Virus record (IMG/VR): IMGVR_UViG_3300036846_000403
Coordinates: 1-63,688 of that record
DNA length: 63,688 bases
Reading direction: 5' to 3' (one strand)
Source: a virus
Lineage: Duplodnaviria > Caudoviricetes
The notes below the pieces were generated by a model. The model did not search any database. It was not told the DNA's origin and worked only from the letters and a program-made list of their open reading frames with translations. Of the stretch, positions 39,933-49,613 are shown piece after piece. The stretch's first letter is position 1; every line of letters begins with the position of its first letter. The translations under genes and the position numbers were made by a program.

Positions 39933-40669
39933 TGGAAGTACCCCGAAACGTCCTTGCCGTAGTCGATCGTGCGCTGCGCGACGGCCGGCGTTGGGTCGGA
40001 CCCGATGTGGCCGGGATACATCGTGACGGTCATGTCCGTCATGACGATGTCACCCTGCTGGGCCTGATCGTTGCCGCGGGTGGTGATCTTCCCGAACGGC
40101 GCGTACAAGCGCTGCCGCTTGGTACCGTCGATACTGTCGAAAATGAACGAGTAACGGTTGTCGTTCGGCGGGTCCGGAATCACGTACGTGACCTGGGTGG
40201 CCGTTAGCGGAGGAACCACGGGTGTCGCCGGCATGAGTGGCGACGATGCCACAGGGAAGATTGGCACATCGTCGTACAGGGCACGCACGAACGGGTTGAG
40301 CGCCTCCAGGAAGGTACACTGCGCGGTCTTGATGCCGCCTGTGAGGATCGATCGCACGGGCGTCAGGATGCCGGCGGCCGGGATGTCCTTGATGGTCTCG
40401 TCGAGCTTGAAGATGTAGCCGGAGACATCGACCCAGCCAAGGCAGTAGTAGATGCCGGAACCGAGTGTCGTTGGGTCTTCGAAGGCGAGCGGCGGCGAGG
40501 CGTTGTTGGGCTGCCCGACCCACACAACGACATCGCCAGCCGCGTACAGCAGCTCGTCGTCCTTGTAGAGTCCGGTGCCGGGCGTCGGTAGGCCGGAAAG
40601 CGGTACGGGAAGGTCATATGTCGTTGCTGCGCCACGGTTGCTCTTCGTCGTGGTCTTCTCGTCAGCCAT
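39929..40669 (-). CDS. major tail protein
   Basis: LGWV...G...TFLE pattern; strong codon bias; position. Confidence 0.85.
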   Translation of the reverse strand: MADEKTTTKSNRGAATTYDLPVPLSGLPTPGTGLYKDDELLYAAGDVVVWVGQPNNASPPLAFEDPTTLGSGIYYCLGWVDVSGYIFKLDETIKDIPAAGILTPVRSILTGGIKTAQCTFLEALNPFVRALYDDVPIFPVASSPLMPATPVVPPLTATQVTYVIPDPPNDNRYSFIFDSIDGTKRQRLYAPFGKITTRGNDQAQQGDIVMTDMTVTMYPGHIGSDPTPAVAQRTIDYGKDVSGYFQ

Positions 40670-40680
40670 TTTGTTCCCTC

Positions 40681-41094
40681 CTAGGAACGTACTCTGAGTT
40701 CAAAAGTTGCGGCAAACCGCACGAAATTCTGATTTACCTCCGGAAGTTCTCGTGGACCTTGTACAGTAGTAACGCGCTGAATAACCCCCACTACATTCTG
40801 ATTAGCGTCCAGGACTACCGCGCTCATTAGCGACAGCATCTGGGACTGGATCGTGCGAGCAGCAAGAGACACATTTCCTGTTTGTGCCTTAGGGCCAAAT
40901 ACATCAACATCAACAACAGGACTATCAATAAGGATGTTCTGATTCGTACCGGACGTACGCTTGATACGAACAGTAATTTTGGTCGGGTCTCCGGACGGCA
41001 GCTTTGTCCCGATACGCATGCCAGGATTAAGCGGCACGAGAACGTACATGAGCATAACTTCTACGTCAGGGAAGATGCTAACGGTGCTCATCAT
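40681..41094 (-). CDS. tail terminator
   Basis: FPDVE...VDVDVF...GP; position. Confidence 0.75.
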   Translation of the reverse strand: MMSTVSIFPDVEVMLMYVLVPLNPGMRIGTKLPSGDPTKITVRIKRTSGTNQNILIDSPVVDVDVFGPKAQTGNVSLAARTIQSQMLSLMSAVVLDANQNVVGVIQRVTTVQGPRELPEVNQNFVRFAATFELRVRS

Positions 41095-41537
41095 TCACCT
41101 GCCAGCGGGCCGAACGCCGCACGCTTCAGAATATGGAATGGTTCCCGGCCTCGGTGTCCAAATTCAACGTACATAGCGCTCGGCGCGTCATTGTACAGTA
41201 TAGCTTCCGCCCGGTCATTAGTGGCACCGCCATTACGATGCGACCGAACCTCAAAGCCATTGATGTAATGCTTCCGACCGGCCCGCCAGGAAGCCTCGCC
41301 GCCAAACGACAGCTTCCCGCCATAGATCTCGGCCAGGGCTAGATCCTCGGCACGATGCTTGATATCATTGGCGACCTTGAGCATCGCCCGGCGCATCTCG
41401 TCCGAATTAAGCAGCTCACCGATTCCAGGGCTGTACCGCATAAACGTGCCGGCAGGCTGGAAGTGTTGCTCGATCTCAAATTCAGACATAGGGTCAGGAC
41501 GACTCGACTGAATCTCGTGCGTCCACATCTCGCTCAT
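41091..41537 (-). CDS. HK97 gp10-like neck protein
   Basis: YVEFG...HIL.RA motif. Confidence 0.7.
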   Translation of the reverse strand: MSEMWTHEIQSSRPDPMSEFEIEQHFQPAGTFMRYSPGIGELLNSDEMRRAMLKVANDIKHRAEDLALAEIYGGKLSFGGEASWRAGRKHYINGFEVRSHRNGGATNDRAEAILYNDAPSAMYVEFGHRGREPFHILKRAAFGPLAGE

Positions 41538-41887
41538 GTCGTCACACCCGTAATCTTAGTAGCGCTGATACGTATCGGGGAAACCCTGCCAGAGAACGGA
41601 GATGACCAGATATCAGGAGATCCGTTAACCTCATACGTATCCCCATTGAACTCGATAGCATCAAGCACAGATACGTCCGTGCCATAAGGCATGTAGAACG
41701 TCTCACTCTGCGTCGACTGATCGGCAAAAGAAACATTCTCACTACTTCCGGCCGGCACGAACACGACATTTGGCACAGTAGCACGGGTAACGGACATGAT
41801 GTCATTCCCGTACTCGTCAACCTGGCCAGAAGGGGCGCGATGTACCAGGACGACAGCAATGCTGAACGTGAAGACTGGACTAGTCAT
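41534..41887 (-). CDS. head-to-tail stopper
   Basis: DEYGN, G.TYEV.G.P..W. Confidence 0.78.
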   Translation of the reverse strand: MTSPVFTFSIAVVLVHRAPSGQVDEYGNDIMSVTRATVPNVVFVPAGSSENVSFADQSTQSETFYMPYGTDVSVLDAIEFNGDTYEVNGSPDIWSSPFSGRVSPIRISATKITGVTT

Positions 41888-42531
41888 AGCCTCACCTTCA
41901 ACGTTCCGAAGCCCTGCCGGTAATCCGAAAGCGCCGTCTTCATACCGGCGTCGACCAGCGCAGCATTAAGACCCGCGCCGCTCGTGCGCCGCATCGAGTA
42001 GGAGTAAGCCCCCACGCTCTCACTCATCAACGTCGCGGACATGGTCGGTGTCGCTAGCTCGGACGTGATCGCGGTACACAGTACTGACACGACGTCGCCG
42101 GGAACGTCAAGGAACCCGTGCGACCCGGTTATCGTGAAGGTGCCACCCCACCAGAATGTCTCCTCATACCACATCTCCGGCAGATTGATAATTCCGGAGT
42201 AGGCCGGGTTGAAGACTGTGATCTTGTCGACCTTGTCGAAGTGGTACCAGGTAACCGGGATGTCGGGGATTCCCGGCGTACCGGAGAGCGCGAGAACCCC
42301 GTCAATCGACGCGATCGGCCTCCACGAGAACAGGCGCATGATGCCGCCGTCGGCCGTCGTGGTTATCGTGTCCGTGTCATGGTACATGAAGTCACGCCGG
42401 CAGTACCGGCGCAGGATTGCCGAGCCGTCCTGTAGAAGAGCATCGACACGTGCAGCCTCGACCTGGTTAAGGCTGCGGCCTAGCCTCGCCGCGATATCGT
42501 CTGGCGAGGCGAGGCTAGGCAGCTGCGACAT
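41884..42531 (-). CDS. head-to-tail adaptor
   Basis: LAS.DD..ARLGR.L; SESVGAYSYS. Confidence 0.82.
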   Translation of the reverse strand: MSQLPSLASPDDIAARLGRSLNQVEAARVDALLQDGSAILRRYCRRDFMYHDTDTITTTADGGIMRLFSWRPIASIDGVLALSGTPGIPDIPVTWYHFDKVDKITVFNPAYSGIINLPEMWYEETFWWGGTFTITGSHGFLDVPGDVVSVLCTAITSELATPTMSATLMSESVGAYSYSMRRTSGAGLNAALVDAGMKTALSDYRQGFGTLKVRL

Positions 42532-42533
42532 TG

Positions 42534-43853
42534 TTACTCCTCACCCTCCTGCTGGCCACGCTGCTGACGACGGGTCGGCCGCTGCTCGTGGCGCGGCTCC
42601 TGGTCGTTCCCGGCCTGCTTCTGGCTTCGCTGGGCGGCCCGCTGCTGGTGGCGCTCGGCCGTCTCACGGACCTGGTCGGCCGTCTGACGTTCCTCGACCG
42701 GCCCGGCAACGCCCTCATCGTACAGACTCGGGCGGTCCCCTTCGACAGCAGCGAACTGGTTCTCACGGGCATCCTCTTCCCACTGAGAGCCCTGGTGGAT
42801 CTCGGCCACCGCGTTGCCGTCGCCCGTTGATAGCAGCGTACCACCAGGGTACGTGCCGATGACGTTGATCGGGCCAGTCGCCGGAACCGCAGTGCCGGTA
42901 CCAAGCACCGCGCCGAACGGCCAGCGGGCCGTCATGCCGACGCCGGGCTTCATGATGGTGACCGGGTTGACGGTCGCGTAGGCGAGGCGCATGGTCATGC
43001 GCATCGCCACGGCGTCCTGCTGCATGAGGTTGAGGATGACCTTGCCGGTGTCATCCGAGATGACGCCCTCGGTGAACATCTTGAAGGTGATGTCCTGGCG
43101 CATGCCAATGATCGCCTTCTTGAAGTCGCCCGCGAGGATGAGCGCGCCGGCAGTGGGGGCCGGCACCTGCCAGGAACCGTTCTCGATCTCGGTAATGTTG
43201 TAGCCGTACAGCTTGCCGCCGGGCGTGCCGGACATATCCGGCTGGAAGACCGGGATGCCCTGCGACGAACGGATTCCGGCCAGCTTCCACGCCATGCCGG
43301 GCATTCCGGCGAAGCCGCTAACGCTGTAGCCCGACTGAGCCATCATCATGCCCAGCTCGGTGACGTCCTGACCGAGGTCGACGCCGGTGCCCTCGACCAC
43401 GACCTGCCCGGACTTGCCCGCGCCGGTGTAGACCGCCTCGCCCCAGGTTGTCGGCTTGTTGATGCCCCAGAGTACGGCCGCGTCGATAAGCGCGCCGACC
43501 GCCTCTGTGATCCGTGGCTGAACCTGCGACCACAGCGGCACGTCCGCGTCGTCTAGGTACGCGATCGGGATTGGCACGATACAGGCCAGTTCCTCGACGA
43601 CCATGATGACGTTCTTCCACGCCATCTGCGAGGTCTGCTTCATGCCGGTGTCGCCGCCGACCCAGTACGCCATGGGCAGCACGTCGAGCACTGGCATGCG
43701 CTGGGTCTTGGATGACAGGGTCGTCCTGTTCATGAGTTGGAGAGCAGCCGACGACTTCGGTGCCTCCTGGATGATGGCCGTCGCCAAAGGCTGCGGCACG
43801 AGGGGATCGGGGGTGCCCGAACTACGGACAATCCCTTCATTGTACACTCCCAC
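42534..43853 (-). CDS. major capsid protein (HK97 fold) with charged C-terminal extension
   Basis: AYWVG, ELACIVP, GDF, NLMQQD..A.R; strong codon bias. Confidence 0.9.
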   Translation of the reverse strand: MGVYNEGIVRSSGTPDPLVPQPLATAIIQEAPKSSAALQLMNRTTLSSKTQRMPVLDVLPMAYWVGGDTGMKQTSQMAWKNVIMVVEELACIVPIPIAYLDDADVPLWSQVQPRITEAVGALIDAAVLWGINKPTTWGEAVYTGAGKSGQVVVEGTGVDLGQDVTELGMMMAQSGYSVSGFAGMPGMAWKLAGIRSSQGIPVFQPDMSGTPGGKLYGYNITEIENGSWQVPAPTAGALILAGDFKKAIIGMRQDITFKMFTEGVISDDTGKVILNLMQQDAVAMRMTMRLAYATVNPVTIMKPGVGMTARWPFGAVLGTGTAVPATGPINVIGTYPGGTLLSTGDGNAVAEIHQGSQWEEDARENQFAAVEGDRPSLYDEGVAGPVEERQTADQVRETAERHQQRAAQRSQKQAGNDQEPRHEQRPTRRQQRGQQEGEE

Positions 43854-43868
43854 GGAAGACCTTCCTTG

Positions 43869-44477
43869 TTACTGTCCGAGCAGCTGTCGGAACCATTGCT
43901 CTTGGGATGCTGGCGCCGTGCCGGCGGGGGCTGATCCAGCCCGCATAGATTCAACCGGCCGTGCGGCCGATGTCTGCTGACCCTGATTGCCATTGCCGTT
44001 GCGGCCGGCATTCAAGTCCGCCATGAGCTGGTCCGCTATCGCCTGAGCGGTCTCTTCTATCACGCTGGCGAGTAGCTCTGCTCGCTCATTGATTTCCTCT
44101 TCCGTGCCGGAGCCAAGGAAATCGATGAGGTCGACCGGGAGGTCGTGTGTAGCCGCAGCCATCATGCGGGCGTGCATGTTGCGTGCCTCATCCCGCTCGT
44201 GTTCCGCTTCGGCCAGTGCAGCCCGAGCCTTCTCGACGTCGGACATATTCGCATCTTCAATTGTCTTCAACCGCGCAGCCGCAGCCGCGTTCTCCCTGGC
44301 GCGCTTCTCATGTTTCCGCGCCATGTCCTTCCACTTGCGCAGTTCATCGGCCTGATCCGGTTGCGTCTCTTCCGCTTCCGTACCCTGCGCACCTTCCTGC
44401 GACTCTACTTCAGCGCCCTCGCCCGTTCCGGGCACAGCACCATTCGCCATACCGGCGTCAGCTGCATCAGCACTCAT
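43869..44477 (-). CDS. scaffolding protein
   Basis: WK..ARKHE.RA coiled coil; directly precedes capsid gene. Confidence 0.85.
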   Translation of the reverse strand: MSADAADAGMANGAVPGTGEGAEVESQEGAQGTEAEETQPDQADELRKWKDMARKHEKRARENAAAAARLKTIEDANMSDVEKARAALAEAEHERDEARNMHARMMAAATHDLPVDLIDFLGSGTEEEINERAELLASVIEETAQAIADQLMADLNAGRNGNGNQGQQTSAARPVESMRAGSAPAGTAPASQEQWFRQLLGQ

Positions 44478-44485
44478 GTCATCCC

Positions 44486-47302
44486 CTATTTCTGTACCAC
44501 AGTAACGTTTACTTCACCGTTGCTTAGTTGTCCAGCATTTGCCGTGCCGTTATACCAGTAAGCAAATTGCACCGTATGCACACCAGGAGCCAATCCCAGG
44601 AAAGCCCATGTTCCGCCTACGTTCCCACTAGCGCCGCCTCCTGACGTCTGCGCCATAATTCCGTAAGGGCAAGCAGTCTGGGCCACGCCATCCAGAAGAA
44701 TTGCTCCCTGTAGAATAGCATTCACAGCCGTATTCGATATCTGTATCCGCCCAACCATAAGAGCCACTACAGATATATCAGCACCCGCTCCAGCGACGGT
44801 GAATGTAATAGTGCCGCCATAAGCATGCCACAGCGAGTCATTTGCGGTATTAGCCCAGGCGATAGGGAATGTAATGTTATACAGCACTGTTGACCCTACA
44901 GCAGGTGCCGCAGGGTACCACAACGAGGTACGAGTGCTCCAAATATACTGACAGCTAGTCCCCGCGCCAACCGAGTTAGCCGACCCATTCGCTACGTTCG
45001 AGCCCGAGGCAGCAAAGGTGATTGACCCGGTACCTTCATTAATGATGGTTATCTCCTGGCCATCAATAGTACCAGGAGCCATAATGACACCGGTGACAGC
45101 TGCGCCATTAAACCGCGCCGAGGCAACATTCACCGTAGCGATCGTTCCGCCACTACCAGGAACTATAGCGCCCGCCGAGCTAGGCGTAAGAACAAGGCCA
45201 GTTGATACAGCAACAGTCGAGAAGTTTGAAAGCGGATCGCCGTTATTGCCTGATGAGTACGTCGGACGAGTACCGTATGCGGTCCCGCCGGCAAACATAC
45301 AACCAGTAACAATTGTTTGAGCAGCAGTCGTGAATGTACAGGATGCAGTAACGGCTCCAGCTACACCAGGATTGACGCCTGTGGCAAATGTACAAGCGGA
45401 AACAAGGAACCTGCCCGTACCCGAGTAACACAAGTCATAGTAAGCCCCGGCCGTACGGGCGTTGTTATAGAAGTAGCAGTTTACGATGCTGATCTGTCCT
45501 AGGCCGACAGAACCGTTAATGAACACACCATGGAACTGACACCAGGCAAACGTACAGTTAACAAAACTGACTCTTACCCCAGCCGTGATCCATGCGCCGT
45601 AATTGCCGCCATTCATAAACGTATTTGAGATGTAGACATCTGATGCGTTATTGCCGCTAGTCGGCTGTATGATAAGAGCTGCGGTGGCGCTGGCCCCAGC
45701 ATATGGCCCAAGTATACAGTTGTCGATGTAAACAAGTCCACACACACCACTCAGCACGATACAAGCGCCCTGAGGTCCATTAACTACAGCATTGTCGACT
45801 ACGACAACATTCGTATCCTGCAAGTTAATAGCAGGCGATGACATCGGGTTATCAAATATACAGTCGGTAATGTACGAGTAAACTGCGGTATTCGTCCCGA
45901 CCAAACCCTGGACATTGATACCGCCCTTACCGTACGTGAGATGGTATCCCCGGATCCATCCCCAGGTACTAGCAGAGGTAGCATCAGTTATGATGTTGAT
46001 CCCGTAACCGTTTTGATATACAGTCTCGACATTATCACAATGGAAGTCCGGAGAATGCGCAACCAGAATGCAATCAGCAACCGGATTATTGCTCCACGTT
46101 CCATTAGCGAACTGAACAATAAGATCATTCACAGAATTCCGACTACCAGCAGCAATGCTGATAACTGCCGCACCAGAAAACGCAGCAGTCACCATAAGCC
46201 TTGTTGCTCCAGAGCCATCTCCCTGAATTGTAATGCCGACGGGATTAGCGGGAGTAGTAAGTGGTGCTGATATCTTGTAGTAACCATACGGGATGTAAAC
46301 AACACCGCCATACCCCGTCGCACCAGCAGCATTGATCGCATTCTGGATCGCCGCCGTCGCATCTCGATTGTTAGTGTTATCCGCGCCGAACATCGTCCTG
46401 GCATTGAACCACGGAACCCCTTGCTGAGCCGGAGTACTGCTGTGACCAATCTGGATGTTGTCAAAGTAGCAAGATCCCGTCTCACTTTCAAGCCCAATAA
46501 AGGCACCCATTGACGGTACCGTACCGCCAAGGTTGCCACTATAAATCTGGACTCCATCAATCTTCAGCGTGGCTAGGTTTGGACCTATATCGACCGTCAC
46601 TGTGTGCCATGCAGCAGAAGTAACTGGACCACTACTGCCCATATATCCAGCAGTGAAATTTCCCCAGGAAGTAGTTGTAATAATTCCACAGTTTGTTCCG
46701 GCCCGGCTATCAACACGAACCATATAGCCCGCGCCGAGCGCATTACACCCGAAGTAGAAATCGCACAGAAGGTTCACGGGAATATAGCAGTCGAACTGGT
46801 AATGCGTCTGCGCCCCGATATTCCGTGTAACAACTACGCCGTTCGGCACGATGTAGGAGTTGCCCGGATTCCCTTGAGCCCCGGACACAGCAAATCCAGC
46901 GCTTCCCGCTCCATAAGACCAGGCCGCAGCACTATCGGAAATATCAACTGCTTGTGCCGCTGGCGGCCCGGCCGATCCAGTAGCGCCCGTCGGCCCGGCC
47001 GGTCCAGTAGCACCTTGTGGACCAGTAGCACCTACCGGACCTTGTACGCCCTGTACACCTTGCGGACCCTGCGCTCCTGTCGCACCTATCGGACCCTGTG
47101 GACCAACCGGACCTTGAGGGCCCACAGGGCCTTGTGGACCCTGTGGACCCGTCGGGCCCTGCGGACCGGCCGTGTACGCGACGGCTTTAGCCTGCCCGAG
47201 CATTACCGCTTTCGTGATCGGCTGCTGCTGCCAGGTAGCCTTAGCAGTCAACACGACCGGCGTCTTGGCCGCAACCTTGTATGGCTCGTAAGGAGACGTC
47301 AC
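44486..47302 (-). CDS. collagen-repeat fibre with beta-helix (pectate-lyase-like) domain
   Basis: GPQGPV-type Gly-X-Y run; [13 protein letters not shown]...GGVVYIP.G.Y. Confidence 0.8.
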   Translation of the reverse strand: MTSPYEPYKVAAKTPVVLTAKATWQQQPITKAVMLGQAKAVAYTAGPQGPTGPQGPQGPVGPQGPVGPQGPIGATGAQGPQGVQGVQGPVGATGPQGATGPAGPTGATGSAGPPAAQAVDISDSAAAWSYGAGSAGFAVSGAQGNPGNSYIVPNGVVVTRNIGAQTHYQFDCYIPVNLLCDFYFGCNALGAGYMVRVDSRAGTNCGIITTTSWGNFTAGYMGSSGPVTSAAWHTVTVDIGPNLATLKIDGVQIYSGNLGGTVPSMGAFIGLESETGSCYFDNIQIGHSSTPAQQGVPWFNARTMFGADNTNNRDATAAIQNAINAAGATGYGGVVYIPYGYYKISAPLTTPANPVGITIQGDGSGATRLMVTAAFSGAAVISIAAGSRNSVNDLIVQFANGTWSNNPVADCILVAHSPDFHCDNVETVYQNGYGINIITDATSASTWGWIRGYHLTYGKGGINVQGLVGTNTAVYSYITDCIFDNPMSSPAINLQDTNVVVVDNAVVNGPQGACIVLSGVCGLVYIDNCILGPYAGASATAALIIQPTSGNNASDVYISNTFMNGGNYGAWITAGVRVSFVNCTFAWCQFHGVFINGSVGLGQISIVNCYFYNNARTAGAYYDLCYSGTGRFLVSACTFATGVNPGVAGAVTASCTFTTAAQTIVTGCMFAGGTAYGTRPTYSSGNNGDPLSNFSTVAVSTGLVLTPSSAGAIVPGSGGTIATVNVASARFNGAAVTGVIMAPGTIDGQEITIINEGTGSITFAASGSNVANGSANSVGAGTSCQYIWSTRTSLWYPAAPAVGSTVLYNITFPIAWANTANDSLWHAYGGTITFTVAGAGADISVVALMVGRIQISNTAVNAILQGAILLDGVAQTACPYGIMAQTSGGGASGNVGGTWAFLGLAPGVHTVQFAYWYNGTANAGQLSNGEVNVTVVQK

Positions 47303-47769
47303 TGTGTCACCTGCGGATTACACGTAACAGTACCCGCAGCAATCGTCGTAATCGAGGGTGACGAAAGCTGGATGTCCCACGCCGCATGCTGTGGTAGGTA
47401 CGCCGAGTCAGCAGCCGCGACGTGGAGGTGGAGCAGGTTGTGAGTTGTAGCATCTACGGTCACAGTGAGAACCGCAAGAGTGTTAGGGTCGTCAGGAGCC
47501 GGGCGGATCTGACTCATAGGTGCTGCGTTAGTACAGTCAACCGGATTGTTGTTAGGGTCCGTCACCGTCAAGTCGAGGTAGAAGTCATCACCCTGGTAGA
47601 AGGTCAAGTTGATAGGTGTTGGCAGTACGACGACCTCTTGTACTGGAGCGGAAGCAAACTGAACAGGCGGGGCAGCAGGAGCAGCAGAAAGCCGAGGCGG
47701 CCTGGTACCGCGTGTTCTCACTTGAGCCATCATCTCATCAATGACGCCCTCAGGCTCTGGCTCGCCCAT
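47299..47769 (-). CDS. BppU-like fibre adaptor protein
   Basis: [10 protein letters not shown]...PVD.T...QIR...WDIQ. Confidence 0.65.
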   Translation of the reverse strand: MGEPEPEGVIDEMMAQVRTRGTRPPRLSAAPAAPPVQFASAPVQEVVVLPTPINLTFYQGDDFYLDLTVTDPNNNPVDCTNAAPMSQIRPAPDDPNTLAVLTVTVDATTHNLLHLHVAAADSAYLPQHAAWDIQLSSPSITTIAAGTVTCNPQVTQ

Positions 47770-47800
47770 CGAACCCCTCCATCCAACAGTCCTACGCAGG

Positions 47801-47829
47801 ATTATACCGGAAAAACGCCCCGGCGTCTA
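47801..47829 (-). promoter_or_regulatory. Promoter TAGACG-N17-TATAAT
   Basis: Family match on - strand. Confidence 0.7.
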
Positions 47830-47837
47830 GTCCCTTT

Positions 47838-48086
47838 TCACTTGATTTTTCTAAGCGCCTCTTCACCAGGCGCGTGGCCCGGCCAGCCACCGGTAGCATG
47901 CTTATGGATATTGGCGCAGAGCCCCTTGACCATCCCCGGCGAGACATACTTCGACAGCGTTGTGACGCAAGCGTCAAAGTCCCCAGGAACTCCCCAGTGA
48001 AGCTTGGCCGCGCCCTTCCCCTCGGTCCAGTACCGAAGTAGCTGCTGCGGCATATTGGTGTGCTCCGGAGGATCGGTCGCCATCAC
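47838..48086 (-). CDS. conserved head-module small protein
   Basis: L.RYW..GKGAAK..WG.PGDF..CV..L.KY...GLCAN.H...TG.WPG. Confidence 0.75.
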   Translation of the reverse strand: MMATDPPEHTNMPQQLLRYWTEGKGAAKLHWGVPGDFDACVTTLSKYVSPGMVKGLCANIHKHATGGWPGHAPGEEALRKIK

Positions 48087-48451
48087 ACAGCCTCCACCAT
48101 CAGAGTTCCGTACCCGATAGTAGTTCTGCTATTGTCGGAGCCTACAAAGTCGATTCTCCACCAGAACGCCCCGGCCGACGTGTTGTCACCATCATCAATG
48201 ATGAACCTCGACATACAGGCGCCCAGATTGTCCGGGTCATCCACGACCGGGCTCGCATACACGGTCGTTGATGGGTCCGTGTCCGAAGTTTTCCTATCGG
48301 CTTTATAGTAAAACTCCGATTGCGCCCCAGTGCCGTCCGAGACGCCAGGGTACCGTACAATGACCGTGACATCATTGTTGCACGGGAAGTACAGGACCTG
48401 AGCCGTTACCGGCTCATCCATAGAGACAATGCCGTCAATCGCTACGGTCAT
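48083..48451 (-). CDS. hypothetical beta-rich protein, BppU-like
   Basis: GTGA overlap with the next gene; W.ID...T..YG.L.VE. Confidence 0.6.
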   Translation of the reverse strand: MTVAIDGIVSMDEPVTAQVLYFPCNNDVTVIVRYPGVSDGTGAQSEFYYKADRKTSDTDPSTTVYASPVVDDPDNLGACMSRFIIDDGDNTSAGAFWWRIDFVGSDNSRTTIGYGTLMVEAV

Positions 48452-48598
48452 AGTCCCACCCCTCCTGGATCGTGACCGGATCTACCGGAACAAGCCCGAG
48501 CCCCGGAACCTCTGCTATTGGCCATCCAGAGTCCTCATCGATATCGAGTATCTGGATGTGTGTGCCGTTCCGCAGCAAGGCAGACGTACACCGGGGAG

Positions 48599-48889
48599 TC
48601 ACTTACCGCCACCTTTCTTCCAGGAGTCCGGGATGTCTGAATGCCATCCCTTTTTCTTGGCTACTTTCTTAATGTAGGCACGGACCTTGTTGTGCTCGGC
48701 CGGTGTGTTCGGCTTCGCCCGGCCGACCGCCTTGACCGCCGACGCCAGCGAGTTCGGCCCGGTACGCGCCTGGATCGGGAAGCGCGGCGCGTTAGACTGG
48801 TTGGACTTCGACGGGGGCATCGCCTGCCCCTTGGCCTGTAGGCGCTGTCTGAGCTTCTGGCTCGCCACCGCTGTTCCCTTTGCTGCCAT
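48599..48889 (-). CDS. basic head-module protein (DUF6582-like)
   Basis: G.AMP...FPI...AV.AVGR...VR.YI...IPDSW. Confidence 0.7.
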   Translation of the reverse strand: MAAKGTAVASQKLRQRLQAKGQAMPPSKSNQSNAPRFPIQARTGPNSLASAVKAVGRAKPNTPAEHNKVRAYIKKVAKKKGWHSDIPDSWKKGGGK

Positions 48890-49613
48890 TGATATCACTC
48901 CAGTACTGATCCCATGCCTTTACGGCGGCTTTTCCACTTCGTCCTGCGGTCTCTCTCTGCCAGTCAGAAACAAGTCCCGCATTAGCTGACTCCTGGCCAC
49001 GGAACACAACCCGCGCCAGACACTCACAAAAATCGTGCGCTTGAAAAGCATCAGATTCCGTCTTATGTATACCATTGCTAGCAGCAAGACGAGAACAGTA
49101 AGAACAGGAACCAGGCTCAACAATACGCTCCCAGCCAGCAGCGACATCATCGCGTGCGGCGGCTCTTGTGACAGTATTGCGGCCTCCATTCATAACAATA
49201 CGTACCGCCGAGCCACACATCATGTCCCGCGCCTGCGCTGAAGACGTTACCGCGTCCGAGCCTTTGTCTAGGAAATGGAAGAACTGCCCTACTCCCATTA
49301 TGCTAGTCATATGGGAGAGATAGCTCTGATCAATAGGACTGCCAGGAATAGGACCGCCGTAGAAACCAGCAACAGCACGAGACATCCCGTAATACTCACT
49401 AGCATCAGCAGCAGACATTTGATAGTGAGTATCAATGATCCCTTGAATGACCGGCTCAAGAGTTCTCCATGAATCGCTAAACTGCTGTGGGTTCGCTATC
49501 CGCATCCACAGCGACTGGATCGAGCTAAGGACTCGCTGTGCTATGGCATGCTGGTTCATCTGGTACCTATTGTACAGTGCCAGTTGAACGTTCGGCATCA
49601 GTGGCGTAGTCAT
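48792..49613 (-). CDS. MuF-like minor head / capsid maturation protein
   Basis: W.R......CSYC..LAS...AHD.C.C; follows portal. Confidence 0.75.
   Translation of the reverse strand: MTTPLMPNVQLALYNRYQMNQHAIAQRVLSSIQSLWMRIANPQQFSDSWRTLEPVIQGIIDTHYQMSAADASEYYGMSRAVAGFYGGPIPGSPIDQSYLSHMTSIMGVGQFFHFLDKGSDAVTSSAQARDMMCGSAVRIVMNGGRNTVTRAAARDDVAAGWERIVEPGSCSYCSRLAASNGIHKTESDAFQAHDFCECLARVVFRGQESANAGLVSDWQRETAGRSGKAAVKAWDQYWSDINGSKGNSGGEPEAQTAPTGQGAGDAPVEVQPV

Noticed and set aside
46960-47170. Tandem 9-bp DNA repeats as a VNTR or regulatory repeat
   Set aside because: Explained by collagen Gly-X-Y coding
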